From Candidatus Bathyarchaeota archaeon (lineage in GTDB: Archaea; Thermoproteota; Bathyarchaeia; Bathyarchaeales; Bathycorpusculaceae), in assembly GCA_963777155.1 (NCBI GenBank), contig CAVZPM010000038.1, positions 95,537 through 159,536 on the forward strand: a DNA stretch of 64,000 nt, given 5' to 3'. Made by a program: the position numbers and the translations under genes. Each line of letters opens with the position of its first letter. Positions within the stretch are counted from its first letter, which is position 1. This document shows positions 1 through 10,210 of the stretch, piece after piece. The notes beneath the pieces were generated by a model. That model did no database searches, had not been told where the DNA came from, and saw nothing but the letters and a program-made list of their open reading frames with translations.

Positions 1-348
1 TCTAATCCAGAATTCGATCTAACCATATACCAGCTGCAGGCGGAAATTTCCAAAACCTTAGCCCACCCCCTGCGACTGGCGATCCTGCATAACCTAAAAG
101 GCGGAGAAAAAACAGTCAACCAACTAACCCAAACCATCGGCGCAAGCCAATCCAACATATCCCAGCACCTAGCGATTCTACGGCAACGACAAATCGTCAA
201 AACACGAAAAGATGGAACAAACATCTACTATCGCGTGGCAAGCCCCAAAATCAGCCAAGCCTGCGATATGGTGCGCGAAGTGCTCATAGAGCAACTTAAC
301 CAAAAACATGAATTAGCAAAAAACTATGCACAGGGAGTTGAGTTTTAG
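1..348 (+). CDS. ArsR/SmtB-family transcriptional regulator (5' partial)
   Basis: Manual translation of frame 1: ...KTLAHPLRLAILHNLKGGEKTVNQLTQTIGASQSNISQHLAILRQRQIVKTRKDGTNIYYRV..., TAG at 346-348; not in ORF track. Confidence 0.92.
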   Translation, partial: SNPEFDLTIYQLQAEISKTLAHPLRLAILHNLKGGEKTVNQLTQTIGASQSNISQHLAILRQRQIVKTRKDGTNIYYRVASPKISQACDMVREVLIEQLNQKHELAKNYAQGVEF

Positions 349-504
349 ATGTGTGGTTGTGGATGCGGCTGTGGTTCGGATTCCAGCTACGAACGAACAG
401 AAACAGCTCCAGAAGTTGAGATGAATCCCTGCAAGTACTGTGGGGCACTCTTCCAACAAACCGCTACGTTTTGCCCAAATTGCGGAGCCAAACGAACAGT
501 ATAA
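349..504 (+). CDS. 51-aa Cys-rich microprotein: (CG)4 N-terminus plus zinc ribbon
   Basis: MCGCGCGCGSDSSYERTETAPEVEMNPCKYCGALFQQTATFCPNCGAKRTV; ATG directly follows the ArsR stop; GGAG upstream. Confidence 0.8.
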   Translation: MCGCGCGCGSDSSYERTETAPEVEMNPCKYCGALFQQTATFCPNCGAKRTV

Positions 505-604
505 CACAAATTAGAAAACCCTAAAGACCACTTAGATTCAAAATTGAAGGAGATTCTTAAAAATACCCAATCTTAAAATTTTCTTAACAATCATTCTTTC
601 AGTA

Positions 605-1270
605 TTGTTTTTAGCAGTTTTAGTTTTTCCAGTTTTCGCAGTAACATATAGTGCTGGAGTAATGTCAGGTCAATATGTTAAATACGGCAATTTCGCCGAA
701 TTTGGCCCGGGATTTGAAGGGTTAGGCGACCAAGACTCGCTTACCCTACAAGTTACGAATGTTGCTGGAAGCCAGGTGACGCTGCTTTCAACGGGACAAT
801 TCAAGAACGGTTCCGCTGTTCCTGGTAACGGCACAGTTACTGTTTGGGATGTTGCAACTGGAACAGAAAATGGGGCACTAAGCACTCAAGGTCCCATAAT
901 TGCCGCCAACCTCAATGCGGGCAACCCGATTCCACCCTCAGATACTTACACCGTAAACAGCACAGAAAGCCGCCAGTACCTGGGTACCACCAGAAATGTC
1001 AATATCCTCAGCATCACAATATCTACGCCGGACTACAATTCAAGCTTAACTTACATTTACGATAAAACCTCAGGAATGCTGCTTGAATCCTCCTCTCAGA
1101 CGACCGCGCAAGGCGAATCTGGACCAGTCACATCCGAATATTCATACAGCATCACTCAAACAAACATTTTTGCACCAGCCCCATCCATACCTGAAACAAC
1201 ATTCACAGTTGCCGCGATAACAGCAGTTATTGTCATCGTTGTATTGGTGTTACTAAGGAAAAGAATCTAG
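605..1270 (+). CDS. Secreted, C-terminally membrane-anchored S/T-rich protein
   Basis: Signal-like N-terminus, S/T/G-rich body, C-terminal TM helix ending RKRI; true start may be TTG 544 with a 1-nt insertion. Confidence 0.8.
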   Translation: MFLAVLVFPVFAVTYSAGVMSGQYVKYGNFAEFGPGFEGLGDQDSLTLQVTNVAGSQVTLLSTGQFKNGSAVPGNGTVTVWDVATGTENGALSTQGPIIAANLNAGNPIPPSDTYTVNSTESRQYLGTTRNVNILSITISTPDYNSSLTYIYDKTSGMLLESSSQTTAQGESGPVTSEYSYSITQTNIFAPAPSIPETTFTVAAITAVIVIVVLVLLRKRI

Positions 1271-1317
1271 CAAACCTCTTAAGATTGTTCCATGCCTATC
1301 ATTTTTGTGGAATCGTT

Positions 1318-2346
1318 TTGGGCGTAAACTTCAAAGACCTCATACCAAAAACACCCGTGAAACTTGAAGATTTAGGCGGCAAAATCATAGCCATAGACGC
1401 ATACAACGCCATCTACCAGTTCCTCAGCATAATTCGCCAACCCGACGGCACGCCTCTAAAAGACAGCACTGGCAGAATCACCAGCCACCTAAGTGGGCTC
1501 TTTTACCGCACAAGCAACCTAATCGAAATGGGCATCAAACCCATCTATGTCTTTGATGGCGAATCCCCAACTTTGAAAGCCGCTGAAATTGAGCGTCGCA
1601 GACAAGTAAAAGTTGCAGCAACAATCCACTATGAGAAAGCCGCGGCAAAGGGCGATACAGAAAAAATGTTCACATACGCTCAAGCATCGACTAGTATGAA
1701 AGATTACATGTTGGGTGACAGCCAAAAACTCTTGGAACTCATGGGTTTGCCGTGGGTTCAAGCGCCGAGCGAGGGTGAAGCTCAAGCAGCATACATGAAC
1801 AAAAAAGGTGACGCAGACTACTGCGCGAGCCAAGACTACGATAGCCTCCTTTTTGGAGCATGTAAACTGCTTAGGAACGTGACTATTTCTGGGAGAAGGA
1901 GGAGAGGAAGAGTCATGATTGAGGTTGTGCCTGAAGTTGTTGAATTGCCTAAGACGCTTCATGAATGTGGTTTAACCCGTGAGCAGTTGATCGATGTTGG
2001 TATCTTGATTGGCACTGACTTTAACCCTGATGGTGTAAAAGGGATTGGACCAAAAACCGCTTTAAAACTCATAAAACAATACGGCACTTTGAAGAATGCA
2101 GTGCCGCATTTGGAAAATGTAACTTTCGTTGATAAAATAGAAGAAATACAGCAGATTTTCTTGCACCCAAAAGTAACCGACAACTACAAGATAGAATGGA
2201 AAGAACCCGATGAGAACGGTTTAATTGATTTCATGTGCCGCGAAAAAGAGTTCGGAGAGGAACGAATCAAAAAAGCCATAGAAAGGATGACTGCTGGAAG
2301 TAAGAAACAGAAGGGGAAAGTTTCGCTGGAAAAATGGTTCAGCTAA
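1318..2346 (+). CDS. fen: Flap endonuclease 1
   Basis: IDAYNAIYQFL, SHLSGLFYR, EGEAQAA, SQDYDSLLFG, GTDFN, C-terminal PIP-like SLEKWF; probable TTG start at 1318. Confidence 0.97.
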   Translation: MGVNFKDLIPKTPVKLEDLGGKIIAIDAYNAIYQFLSIIRQPDGTPLKDSTGRITSHLSGLFYRTSNLIEMGIKPIYVFDGESPTLKAAEIERRRQVKVAATIHYEKAAAKGDTEKMFTYAQASTSMKDYMLGDSQKLLELMGLPWVQAPSEGEAQAAYMNKKGDADYCASQDYDSLLFGACKLLRNVTISGRRRRGRVMIEVVPEVVELPKTLHECGLTREQLIDVGILIGTDFNPDGVKGIGPKTALKLIKQYGTLKNAVPHLENVTFVDKIEEIQQIFLHPKVTDNYKIEWKEPDENGLIDFMCREKEFGEERIKKAIERMTAGSKKQKGKVSLEKWFS

Positions 2347-2356
2347 GAAGATAAGG

Positions 2357-4187
2357 TTACTTTACCGTAACCGATTTTGCTAGGTTGCGGGGCATGTCGG
2401 GGTTAAATCCTTTCTCCAGAGCTACATAGTACGCCAACAGTTGTAGCGGCACCGCAAAGGGGATGGGCGAGAGTATGCTTGGTATGCCTTTTGGTACTTC
2501 GATATAATCGTCAGCTAAGGATTTGATTTCTTCATCTCCTTCCTCTATGACGGCGATTATGTTGGCGCCTCGGGCTTTCATCTCCATGATGTTGCCGATG
2601 ATGGTTCTATGGGTGTCATCTCTTGGACATATGAATACAACGGGGAAGCCGTCTTCAATTAGGCTGATTGGGCCGTGTTTGCTTTCGCCTGCAGGGAACG
2701 CAATTGATGGGATATAGGCGATTTCCATGAGTTTGAGTCTACCCTCGAAAGCAGTGGCTGTGCTTATGCCTCTGCCTAAGAAGAAGAACACTTTAGAAGC
2801 CGCGTATTTCTTGGCGATTTGCTTTACCTTTTTCTCCTGTGTTCTAACAATCGTTTCGACGTCGTCTGGCATCTTTTTAAGGTTCTCTTGCAAGCAGTCG
2901 ATTTCGTCCTGAGAAACCTTGCCGCGTTTCTTGGCAAGTTTGAGCGCAAGTTGAGCTAAAACCGAAAGTTGAGAAGTAAAAGTCTTGGTAGCTGCAACGC
3001 CGATTTCTGGACCTGCCTGTGTGCCGATATAAACTCTGGAAATACGCGTCATAGATGAACCGATGACGTTTGTTAGGCTTAGCACGGTTGCTGCCCTTTG
3101 CTGGGCACAGCTTACCGCAGCTATGGTGTCTGCGGTTTCGCCTGATTGACTCACAGCTAATAGTGTGCTGTCGATGTTAACGGATTTGCCACATTGCTCC
3201 AAAAACTCTGAGGCATACACGGGGTAGGTGGGCAAGAAACGCCAGTTTAGAGAACATATAGGAAGCTGCTAGGCAAGCATGGTAACTTGTTCCACATGCA
3301 ACCAAGAAAACTTCGTTGGCACGGTCAAGGAAAGTAGCAAGCAAATCCAAGTAGTGATCCTGAATACGCAAAGTGTTGCGAAGCGTTTCAGGTTGCTCAT
3401 GAATTTCCTTAATCATAAAATGTGGATATCCCTGCTTAACCGCCATCTCTGCAGTCCACTCTACGGTTATTGGTTCGCGCTCAATTGCACTGTTATCTGA
3501 AATTCTTCTGATTTCGTAACCATCGGCGGTGAGGATGACGAGTTCGCCGTTGTTTATCATAACGGCTTTGTTGGTAACCTCTAAAAACGCCGGAATATCA
3601 GAGGCGCAAAATACACCTTTGCCGTTGATTCCCAAGACGAGGGGGCTTTCGTTTCGGGCGCAGATTATCTTGTCGGGTTCACGTGTAGAAATTATGGCAA
3701 ATGCGTAGGAGCCTTCTATCCGTTTGAGGCTAGCCAAAACAGCTTGTTGGAGTGTGAGGTTAGGGCTTTGTTTTAGTGTTTCCTCGATCAGATGGGGCAT
3801 AACTTCGGTGTCTGTTTTTGAGACGAAGGTGTGACCGAGGTTTTGGAGTTCAGCTTTGAGTTCTATGAAGTTTTCGATGATACCATTGTGGACTACGACG
3901 ATTTCGCCTTTGCAGTCGACGTGGGGGTGAGAGTTAATTTTCAGGGGTGCACCGTGGGTTGCCCAACGCGTATGGCCGATGCCTATGCTGCCGGGCATAT
4001 CGTCCAGGTTTACTATTTTGTGTACCTCATCAATTTTTCCCGAGTCTTTTTTGATGAAGATTTTTCCGTCTGAAATGGTTGCTATTCCAACGGAGTCGTA
4101 CCCTCGGTATTCGAGCCGTTTTAGGGATGAATGGATTAGGGGTGCAGCGTTTCCTTCTTTTAAGATACAGCCAAATATTCCACACAT
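2357..4187 (-). CDS. glmS: Glutamine-fructose-6-phosphate aminotransferase (one frameshift near 3237)
   Basis: MCGIFG start, GHTRWATHG, SQSGETADT, PRNLAKSVTVK; two ORFs join on removing one T in GCGTTTCTTG. Confidence 0.95.
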
Positions 4188-4278
4188 ATCTTTCGTAGCC
4201 TTCAATAGATTATTACTGATTTGGAGTATGGATGAACTTAGTTTTGCTAATAAGCATTTTTAATACAAGAGTTTGACT

Positions 4279-4301
4279 ACTATAAAAATTCTTTTAGCAG
4301 T
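4279..4301. promoter_or_regulatory. Imperfect copy of the ACTATAAA-N7-TTTATAGT operator near glmS
   Basis: ACTATAAA AATTCTT TTAGCAGT; left arm exact, right arm 5/8. Confidence 0.4.
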
Positions 4302-4365
4302 TGTCTGTTTGCCACATGGATAAATGGAAGCAAGAGTTGCGCGTCCAAGCTAAAGTTGTTGGACC

Positions 4366-4388
4366 ACTATAAATAAATTTTTTATAGT
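4366..4388. promoter_or_regulatory. Perfect inverted repeat, candidate operator overlapping TATA-like sequence
   Basis: ACTATAAA TAAATTT TTTATAGT, 28 nt before the regulator ATG. Confidence 0.55.
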
Positions 4389-4416
4389 ACCTACAACCTA
4401 CACATTAAGACCAACC

Positions 4417-5379
4417 ATGCAGAAAAAACTGCTCATCCAAGAAAACGGCAACACCCAAGAAGCAAAAGAAATCAGCATTCTAACAGACTCCCAAAAACTA
4501 AAGACAATCTTAGGCAGCCTTAGCTGGGAAATCCTTACTCTGCTTTCCAAAAAGGAAATGTATCCACTAGAAATCGCCAAACAACTCGGCATGCATGAAC
4601 AAAAAATCTACTACCACATAAGGATACTCGCCAAAGCTGGAGCCATAGCTGTTGTTAGGGAGGAAAAAAAGAAGGGTGCCACCGCCAAATACTACAAAAC
4701 CACCTCCCCAGCGTTTGGAATAGAATTCCCTCAAGGTTACAAGCCAATCCAGAACATTTGTACTCTAAACCTCGATGAACCGCTGCAGAAATTTTTCAAA
4801 GAATTCGTCGATAAAGGAGTCTTTGACGGAAAGATAGTTGTTGGCAGTCCTCAACCACATGGACCATTCAAAACCAGCGCCCGAGACGGCCATTACGCAG
4901 CACACTTGGCACTCTTCCTCGGTCAATTCGCCAAGATGCCCACCGAGTTTGCAGTCAAACTAGACGTAGATGTTAAAGTAGAGAAGGAAGAAAAAAACAA
5001 CCTCATCCTCGTCGGCGGACCAGGCACAAACCTGCTAACACAAGAAGTTAATGACTATTTACCAATCAAATTCATAATGCAATCCTCCGGACAAGGGTTC
5101 TTGCTCGGTGGCTTATCGTCAGAGAGGACAGCTCAAATCTATACTTCGGATGTTTCAGGAGTTGTGGCGAAAATTGTGAACCCATGGGATAGTACTAAAC
5201 GCATTGTGGTTTTGGCTGGCAACAAAGCAGTCGGAACCAAAGCGTGCGTGTTGGCTTTGACTAATTTTTGGAAGAAAACGCTTGAAAAATACAAGGGTGA
5301 AGACACTTTCGCGGTGGCTATTCATGGGTTTGATTTGGATGGGGATGGCAAAGTAGATTCGATTGAGGTTAACGAATAA
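4417..5379 (+). CDS. ArsR-like wHTH regulator fused to a C-terminal alpha/beta domain
   Basis: EILTLLSKKEMYPLEIAKQLGMHEQKIYYHIRILAKAG HTH; NLILVGGPGTN; terminal DLDGDGKVD. Confidence 0.85.
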   Translation: MQKKLLIQENGNTQEAKEISILTDSQKLKTILGSLSWEILTLLSKKEMYPLEIAKQLGMHEQKIYYHIRILAKAGAIAVVREEKKKGATAKYYKTTSPAFGIEFPQGYKPIQNICTLNLDEPLQKFFKEFVDKGVFDGKIVVGSPQPHGPFKTSARDGHYAAHLALFLGQFAKMPTEFAVKLDVDVKVEKEEKNNLILVGGPGTNLLTQEVNDYLPIKFIMQSSGQGFLLGGLSSERTAQIYTSDVSGVVAKIVNPWDSTKRIVVLAGNKAVGTKACVLALTNFWKKTLEKYKGEDTFAVAIHGFDLDGDGKVDSIEVNE

Positions 5380-5814
5380 TTGAAGCCCAAGCAAACAACG
5401 GAAACATTCTATGCATTAGGGCATTCAAATATTCTAGCGATCCACCCCACGACACTGATGTTTACAAAAGATATTCATGTTTCGAAGAACGGTGATTGCA
5501 TAATAGCAATGACAGCTGACAAAGCTGTTGCAGATTTAAGCGTGCAATTCAAGCAGGAATTACGAAAGCCAAACGCTAAGGTAACCATCACTATCGAAGC
5601 AGGTGACTTAAAAGAAGAAATCAGAGCACTTGGCTCCCCTAAGCTTTGTTTATGTCACCAAACTGACATCGTAATAAGGAAGAGCGATTATATCTGCAAC
5701 AGAACGTTGGCGATTTGCTCGAACAAATCCTCAATTGATCTGCCAAGAGCGTTCGTGGAGAAACTCCAGAACCCCGAACAAAAAATCAAAGTAACCTTAA
5801 CGGTTGAAGCCTAA
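5380..5814 (+). CDS. DUF371 family protein
   Basis: GHSNILAIHPTT, GDCII, VIRKSDY motifs. Confidence 0.85.
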   Translation: MKPKQTTETFYALGHSNILAIHPTTLMFTKDIHVSKNGDCIIAMTADKAVADLSVQFKQELRKPNAKVTITIEAGDLKEEIRALGSPKLCLCHQTDIVIRKSDYICNRTLAICSNKSSIDLPRAFVEKLQNPEQKIKVTLTVEA

Positions 5815-6881
5815 ACTATTTTGGCATCCAAAACAACCTGCGATTCAAAAGGCGCGGTCTCACGAATGTTTTTGGCGTAAAGATATTTCTCAACCTGTCG
5901 CCCGTTCTTCTCCACTAACTCAGAAAAACGCTGCTTCAAGTTTTCTATGGAATCGGGCGCACGAACAAACCCATAAAAATGCACTATACCACCCTCCGGT
6001 TTAATTGCATTGCAAGCAGCATCTACGAAGTCTATGGCGGTTTCAGGCAAGTTCATTATTACTCGGTCTGCTTTTCCCTTTAGTTTTGTTCTTGTGATTT
6101 CTCGAGCATCGCCGAGGATTGGAAATACGCGGTCTTCAACCTTGTTAACTCGAACGTTCACTTTCAGTAGTTCAACTGCATCGGGATTTAGGTCAACAGC
6201 GTAGACCTTCACGGTTGGATTTCGCTTACCAATCATCACTGAAAAGGGTCCAACTCCAGCGAACAAGTCCGCTACTACTTCTTCATCCTGAACCTGTATA
6301 GCCACACGTTCATGTTCATGGGATAGCCGTGGGGAAAAGTAGGCTTTCGCTATGTCAACTTGGTATTGGCATCCGAATTCGCGGTGGACTGTTTGGGTTT
6401 TGTGTTCTCCAGCGATATAGTCGTAGTCGCGGACACGGAAGACGCCACTTATGTCGCTTGCTTTGGCAAGGACCGTTGTGACGTTTTTTTGGGTTTGCAG
6501 GATTGCTTCGGCTATCATGTTTTGGTAGGGTTTGAGTTGGGATGGGATGTCTATTACGACTATGTCGCCGATTATGTCGAATGCTTGAGGGACGCTGGGA
6601 AGCAATTCTTGGGGGAGTTTATCTTCGAGGGCTTGGGTCAGGGTTTCTGGAGGAAGCTCCTTTTCGCTAAAAACAGCGGTTAACAACGTAAACGTTGGGA
6701 CCTGAGTTTTAAGCGTCGTTAACTCTATGCCTTGGGGTTCCCTAACAAGTGGAATAAAAAGGAATTCTTCTTCGCGCTGAATAACCAATGATTTGTCGGC
6801 AAGCCCAAACTTCGTCAGTAATGTAATGGTTTTTTCGCCGCTTGTCTTTGGAACTTTGACGCATACAGATGGTCGAGGCAT
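5811..6881 (-). CDS. trm5: tRNA (guanine37-N1)-methyltransferase, Trm5/Met-10+ family
   Basis: YFSPRLSHE, DLFAGVGPF, DLNPDA, RVIMNLP. Confidence 0.9.
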   Translation of the reverse strand: MPRPSVCVKVPKTSGEKTITLLTKFGLADKSLVIQREEEFLFIPLVREPQGIELTTLKTQVPTFTLLTAVFSEKELPPETLTQALEDKLPQELLPSVPQAFDIIGDIVVIDIPSQLKPYQNMIAEAILQTQKNVTTVLAKASDISGVFRVRDYDYIAGEHKTQTVHREFGCQYQVDIAKAYFSPRLSHEHERVAIQVQDEEVVADLFAGVGPFSVMIGKRNPTVKVYAVDLNPDAVELLKVNVRVNKVEDRVFPILGDAREITRTKLKGKADRVIMNLPETAIDFVDAACNAIKPEGGIVHFYGFVRAPDSIENLKQRFSELVEKNGRQVEKYLYAKNIRETAPFESQVVLDAKIV

Positions 6882-6886
6882 AATAT

Positions 6887-7921
6887 TCAGCTTTTTTCTA
6901 TTCTGTAGAGGCTGTTATCTCGTTGGATGGTGAATTTAACGTTTAATATTTTTTCCATAAGCCAAATGTTTGATTCTATGTGTTCGGAAATGGTTCGGAC
7001 CATAAAGGATGACTTTCCTTGGGCTAGCGCCAAGTAAGGAATTAGCATATCCGCCAAGAAAATATCAACCGTCGGCTTGACTGATAGCTCGGACAGAAGT
7101 TTTTGGGCTGCTTCTTTGCCGACGGCCTCAGCCATTTTGCGCAGTTCCCCAATTGAGTCAGAGCCTACGATTACACCAGTATCGGTTTGTGCCCACAGTA
7201 CAATTGAGCTACCTTTCTGGATAGGGTTAGATTGATCATTTACGATTTGGATTTTGGGCATGTAGCCTTGCTGTGAAAGGCAATCGTTTGCTGCTTTCGC
7301 CTGTCTCTCCGCCACTTGCCTATCAGCGAGGAAGGTGCAAACAGAAAAACCCTTAATCTCTTCCAACCTTCCGAAAGATTCGATGCAAAAGGGTTTAAGG
7401 TAACGGTTAGGCTTAACGGTTAATGTTGCCTCGCCCATGCCCTTGGGGTAATAACCATACTTCTGAACAGAAATCTCCGCTTCAACACCCATCAGTTTCA
7501 AGGCTGGCAAAAACACGTTTCGGAGGTAGTTGATAGTTGGGGCGTGAATCGTGTCCGTTCCACCTTTAGCAACATGCACACGCACAGTGTTTTGAGCAAA
7601 TAGACAAATTGGCAACACTGCAGAAAACAACATGGGAATGCTGCCTGCTGTCTCGATTACTGCCTCAATGTTTCCGCCTCTAATTTCCTGTGGTTCAAAC
7701 CAGAGTTCTCTTGAACCTAATGTTGCTCCTCTCATTTTGGCATTGCAGAGTTTCGCTGCGGTCAAAACCGCTTCTAAATGTTGGTGCTTTAATCCTGGTT
7801 GAGGACGATTTTGTCGGATGTTTGTTATATGGAGTGGCTGTTTGGTGATGGCTGCCATGGCTATAGATAGGCGAAGGATTGTTCCACTTCCGCTCTTTTG
7901 GCTTCCATCGATTTCAATCAT
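6887..7921 (-). CDS. rtcA: RNA 3'-terminal phosphate cyclase
   Basis: EIDGSQKSGSGTILR, NIRQNRPQPGLKHQH, GYYPKG, SEHIESN. Confidence 0.95.
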   Translation of the reverse strand: MIEIDGSQKSGSGTILRLSIAMAAITKQPLHITNIRQNRPQPGLKHQHLEAVLTAAKLCNAKMRGATLGSRELWFEPQEIRGGNIEAVIETAGSIPMLFSAVLPICLFAQNTVRVHVAKGGTDTIHAPTINYLRNVFLPALKLMGVEAEISVQKYGYYPKGMGEATLTVKPNRYLKPFCIESFGRLEEIKGFSVCTFLADRQVAERQAKAANDCLSQQGYMPKIQIVNDQSNPIQKGSSIVLWAQTDTGVIVGSDSIGELRKMAEAVGKEAAQKLLSELSVKPTVDIFLADMLIPYLALAQGKSSFMVRTISEHIESNIWLMEKILNVKFTIQRDNSLYRIEKS

Positions 7922-8000
7922 ACAGGTTTTCCACTGTTTATGGCGTTTGCAAATAATTAATAAGCGTCAGGGGTTATTTAGGAGTTGAGAGGGAGCTTTT

Positions 8001-8435
8001 GTGAGCAGTGACAAGGAAAAACTAAATCAACTGTTGCAAAAAGTCGATGAGATAACGGTTTCTTTGAACAAGATTTCAGAAGAGTTGCGGTCTGTTTCGG
8101 CATCGCTCAAATCCCTTGCGGTTGGCCAAATCACGCAACCAGTAACCAAAGCATATACTGTAACGCCGACACCTGCACAGTCTCCAGCATCCGCATCCAC
8201 AGCATCGTCACCTTCAAAGCTGAGATCGCTAGATGATATCCGCATGTCCTTTCCAGAAGAACTCGAAGCCCGATTAAGCTTTGAAGAAAAAGGCGACTAC
8301 ATCATAATTAAACCCAAACAGTTCTTGGGATCAGAAAACTTTGCCAAGATTGCTTCAGCAGTACGCGGCATGGGTGGCGAATACATTAGCGCTGGGAAAG
8401 ATTCGCATTTTAGAGTGCCCAAGAAGAAAGCTTAG
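8001..8435 (+). CDS. Hypothetical protein: coiled coil, S/T/P linker, small alpha/beta domain
   Basis: ORF with upstream GAGGGAG; modular composition. Confidence 0.75.
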   Translation: MSSDKEKLNQLLQKVDEITVSLNKISEELRSVSASLKSLAVGQITQPVTKAYTVTPTPAQSPASASTASSPSKLRSLDDIRMSFPEELEARLSFEEKGDYIIIKPKQFLGSENFAKIASAVRGMGGEYISAGKDSHFRVPKKKA

Positions 8436-8440
8436 CGAAA

Positions 8441-8719
8441 TTAAAGCACGGTGAAATTTGAAAATTCGGCTTTGAAGGGTCCGTAACTGACTTCCAGATT
8501 ATTCACTCTTGCAGCAGGAGGACCCTGGCGGCAATAGTTAACGAGCGTTTTCACCGCGTGTTCTTCACCTTCAAAAACCGCTTCCACCCGCCCATCCATC
8601 AGATTTCGCACCCAACCGTTAACGCCTAAGTTTTGTGCCTCAAGCCGAGTGCTCTCTCTAAAATAAACGCCTTGAACTCTCCCAGAAACCAACAGGTGTG
8701 CTCTAACTTTCATACACAT
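8441..8719 (-). CDS. acyP: Acylphosphatase
   Basis: [22 protein letters not shown]. Confidence 0.95.
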   Translation of the reverse strand: MCMKVRAHLLVSGRVQGVYFRESTRLEAQNLGVNGWVRNLMDGRVEAVFEGEEHAVKTLVNYCRQGPPAARVNNLEVSYGPFKAEFSNFTVL

Positions 8720-8786
8720 TCTTCGAAGTAAAAAAATAAGATGAGGTTTAAAAATATAATTTTTACAAAAAAGAAAAAAGTGTTGT

Positions 8787-9245
8787 TTACCATGGCTCGA
8801 TTTTTTCGTCCACGGTGTACAAGAAAAGACTTGCTGAAGGTGGACCTAACCATTTGAATTTGTTAACTAAATCCTTAACAACGTTCACATAGTTATCGGA
8901 TTTATCAAGGCTGTCTAAGTATTTTTGAAATGAACCATATTGTTTCGTTATGGCTACAAAGTTTTGTGCGTTCTGTATGATTGCTTTAATCTTACCTTTG
9001 TTTCGAATTATACCCGGGTCTCTCATTAGTGTTTGAACATTGGTATCTGTGAAATTGGCGACTTCAGAGATATTGAAATCTACAAAAGCTTTCTTTGTTG
9101 TTAACCATTTGTTGTCGATTACATGCCAGTTTAAACCTGCTTGAAAAATAACTCGGCACATATTCTCGAAGTAAACACTGTCATTGGATGGCCTTTTGTC
9201 TCGGCACCACCAGTCAGGCATATGCCAGCTTTCATGTTCTTGCAT
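8787..9245 (-). CDS. DNA-3-methyladenine glycosylase I (Tag)-like protein
   Basis: [28 protein letters not shown]; start taken at ATG 9245. Confidence 0.85.
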   Translation of the reverse strand: MQEHESWHMPDWWCRDKRPSNDSVYFENMCRVIFQAGLNWHVIDNKWLTTKKAFVDFNISEVANFTDTNVQTLMRDPGIIRNKGKIKAIIQNAQNFVAITKQYGSFQKYLDSLDKSDNYVNVVKDLVNKFKWLGPPSASLFLYTVDEKIEPW

Positions 9246-9262
9246 AAAATTCAGACCTAAGT

Positions 9263-9688
9263 CTACTTCCATTCCCAGATCGTAACGTTCATTTCCATCC
9301 ACATTGGGTCAGCGGCTTCAAAAGTAACCAGAGCAATAGTGTCGTTAAGCCAGCCTAGTTTCTCAGACATTGTCATGAAATTCCATAAACCAACGCTTGA
9401 GGGTTTTGCTCCAGGAACCATCTTCATTAGGTCGTAGCCTTTTATTGTGCCCATATCACCGGTCATGGTCATAAGCATTCCTTGATCTGTTGATGCTGCT
9501 AAGCCTTTTGGAGGAGTCATGCTTACACCTGTGACGTTTAGGTTGCAGTCAACGCCCTTAGCTTTTCCCATGCCTTTCATTTGAGCAGTCCACGTGTACA
9601 TAGAAGTTACGCCTTCCATATTGATTGATTTTATGAAGCTTGCGCCACTCTTGCCTTTGCCTTCCCAAAGTTTTTCGCCAATAGCCAT
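9263..9688 (-). CDS. Met-rich predicted beta-barrel protein
   Basis: GAGGTGA SD upstream; 17 Met in 141 aa; alternating beta pattern; ends WEWK. Confidence 0.8.
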   Translation of the reverse strand: MAIGEKLWEGKGKSGASFIKSINMEGVTSMYTWTAQMKGMGKAKGVDCNLNVTGVSMTPPKGLAASTDQGMLMTMTGDMGTIKGYDLMKMVPGAKPSSVGLWNFMTMSEKLGWLNDTIALVTFEAADPMWMEMNVTIWEWK

Positions 9689-9738
9689 TTTATTTTCACC
9701 TCTACAGAGAAGAGGGCTTTTCTTGAGGATTTAAGTCG

Positions 9739-9764
9739 TTGTTGTTGCAATTGTACAACAACAA
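9739..9764. promoter_or_regulatory. Inverted repeat between divergent genes
   Basis: TTGTTGTTG CAATTGTA CAACAACAA (perfect 9-bp arms). Confidence 0.45.
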
Positions 9765-9859
9765 TCTTTGCCTAGAACAGGTTCACTTTCACTCATCCCT
9801 CCGCTCCCGGGAAGGGTCGTTGAGAGATTCGTTATAAAAGAGATTTTGCTGAAAAGAAG

Positions 9860-10210
9860 TTGATGATTAGCATGTTCAAAGGGAACTGTGGGAAACTGAT
9901 GGTTTATGCCTCAACCGGGGTTCCAAGTAGGAAGCGGTTGGATTCTGTCAGGACTGCAGCAAAAGATACTGCTAAACGTTTGAATTTAGATTTTGAGATA
10001 GTAAGGTTCGAAAGGGCATCATCGCCCATTTATGTCTACTACGAAGAAAATGATGATGAAGAGCCTATTCCACTGTATTGTGATGAAGGCAAAATATCTG
10101 GTTTAGAAGAAATTAGCAGTAAACTGCGAAGCATGATGTTTGTGCTATCTTTTCACCCGAAACATTCCGCGCTAAAAGAAATAAGGAAAGAGCTTCTCAA
10201 ACTTTCCTGA
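9860..10210 (+). CDS. Hypothetical protein
   Basis: 116-aa ORF filling the gap, protein-like composition. Confidence 0.7.
   Translation: MMISMFKGNCGKLMVYASTGVPSRKRLDSVRTAAKDTAKRLNLDFEIVRFERASSPIYVYYEENDDEEPIPLYCDEGKISGLEEISSKLRSMMFVLSFHPKHSALKEIRKELLKLS

Noticed and set aside
3177-3245. Programmed frameshift or split glmS (likewise sua5, cobS)
   Set aside because: No slippery heptamer or stimulator seen; same +1 pattern throughout the window suggests sequencing error
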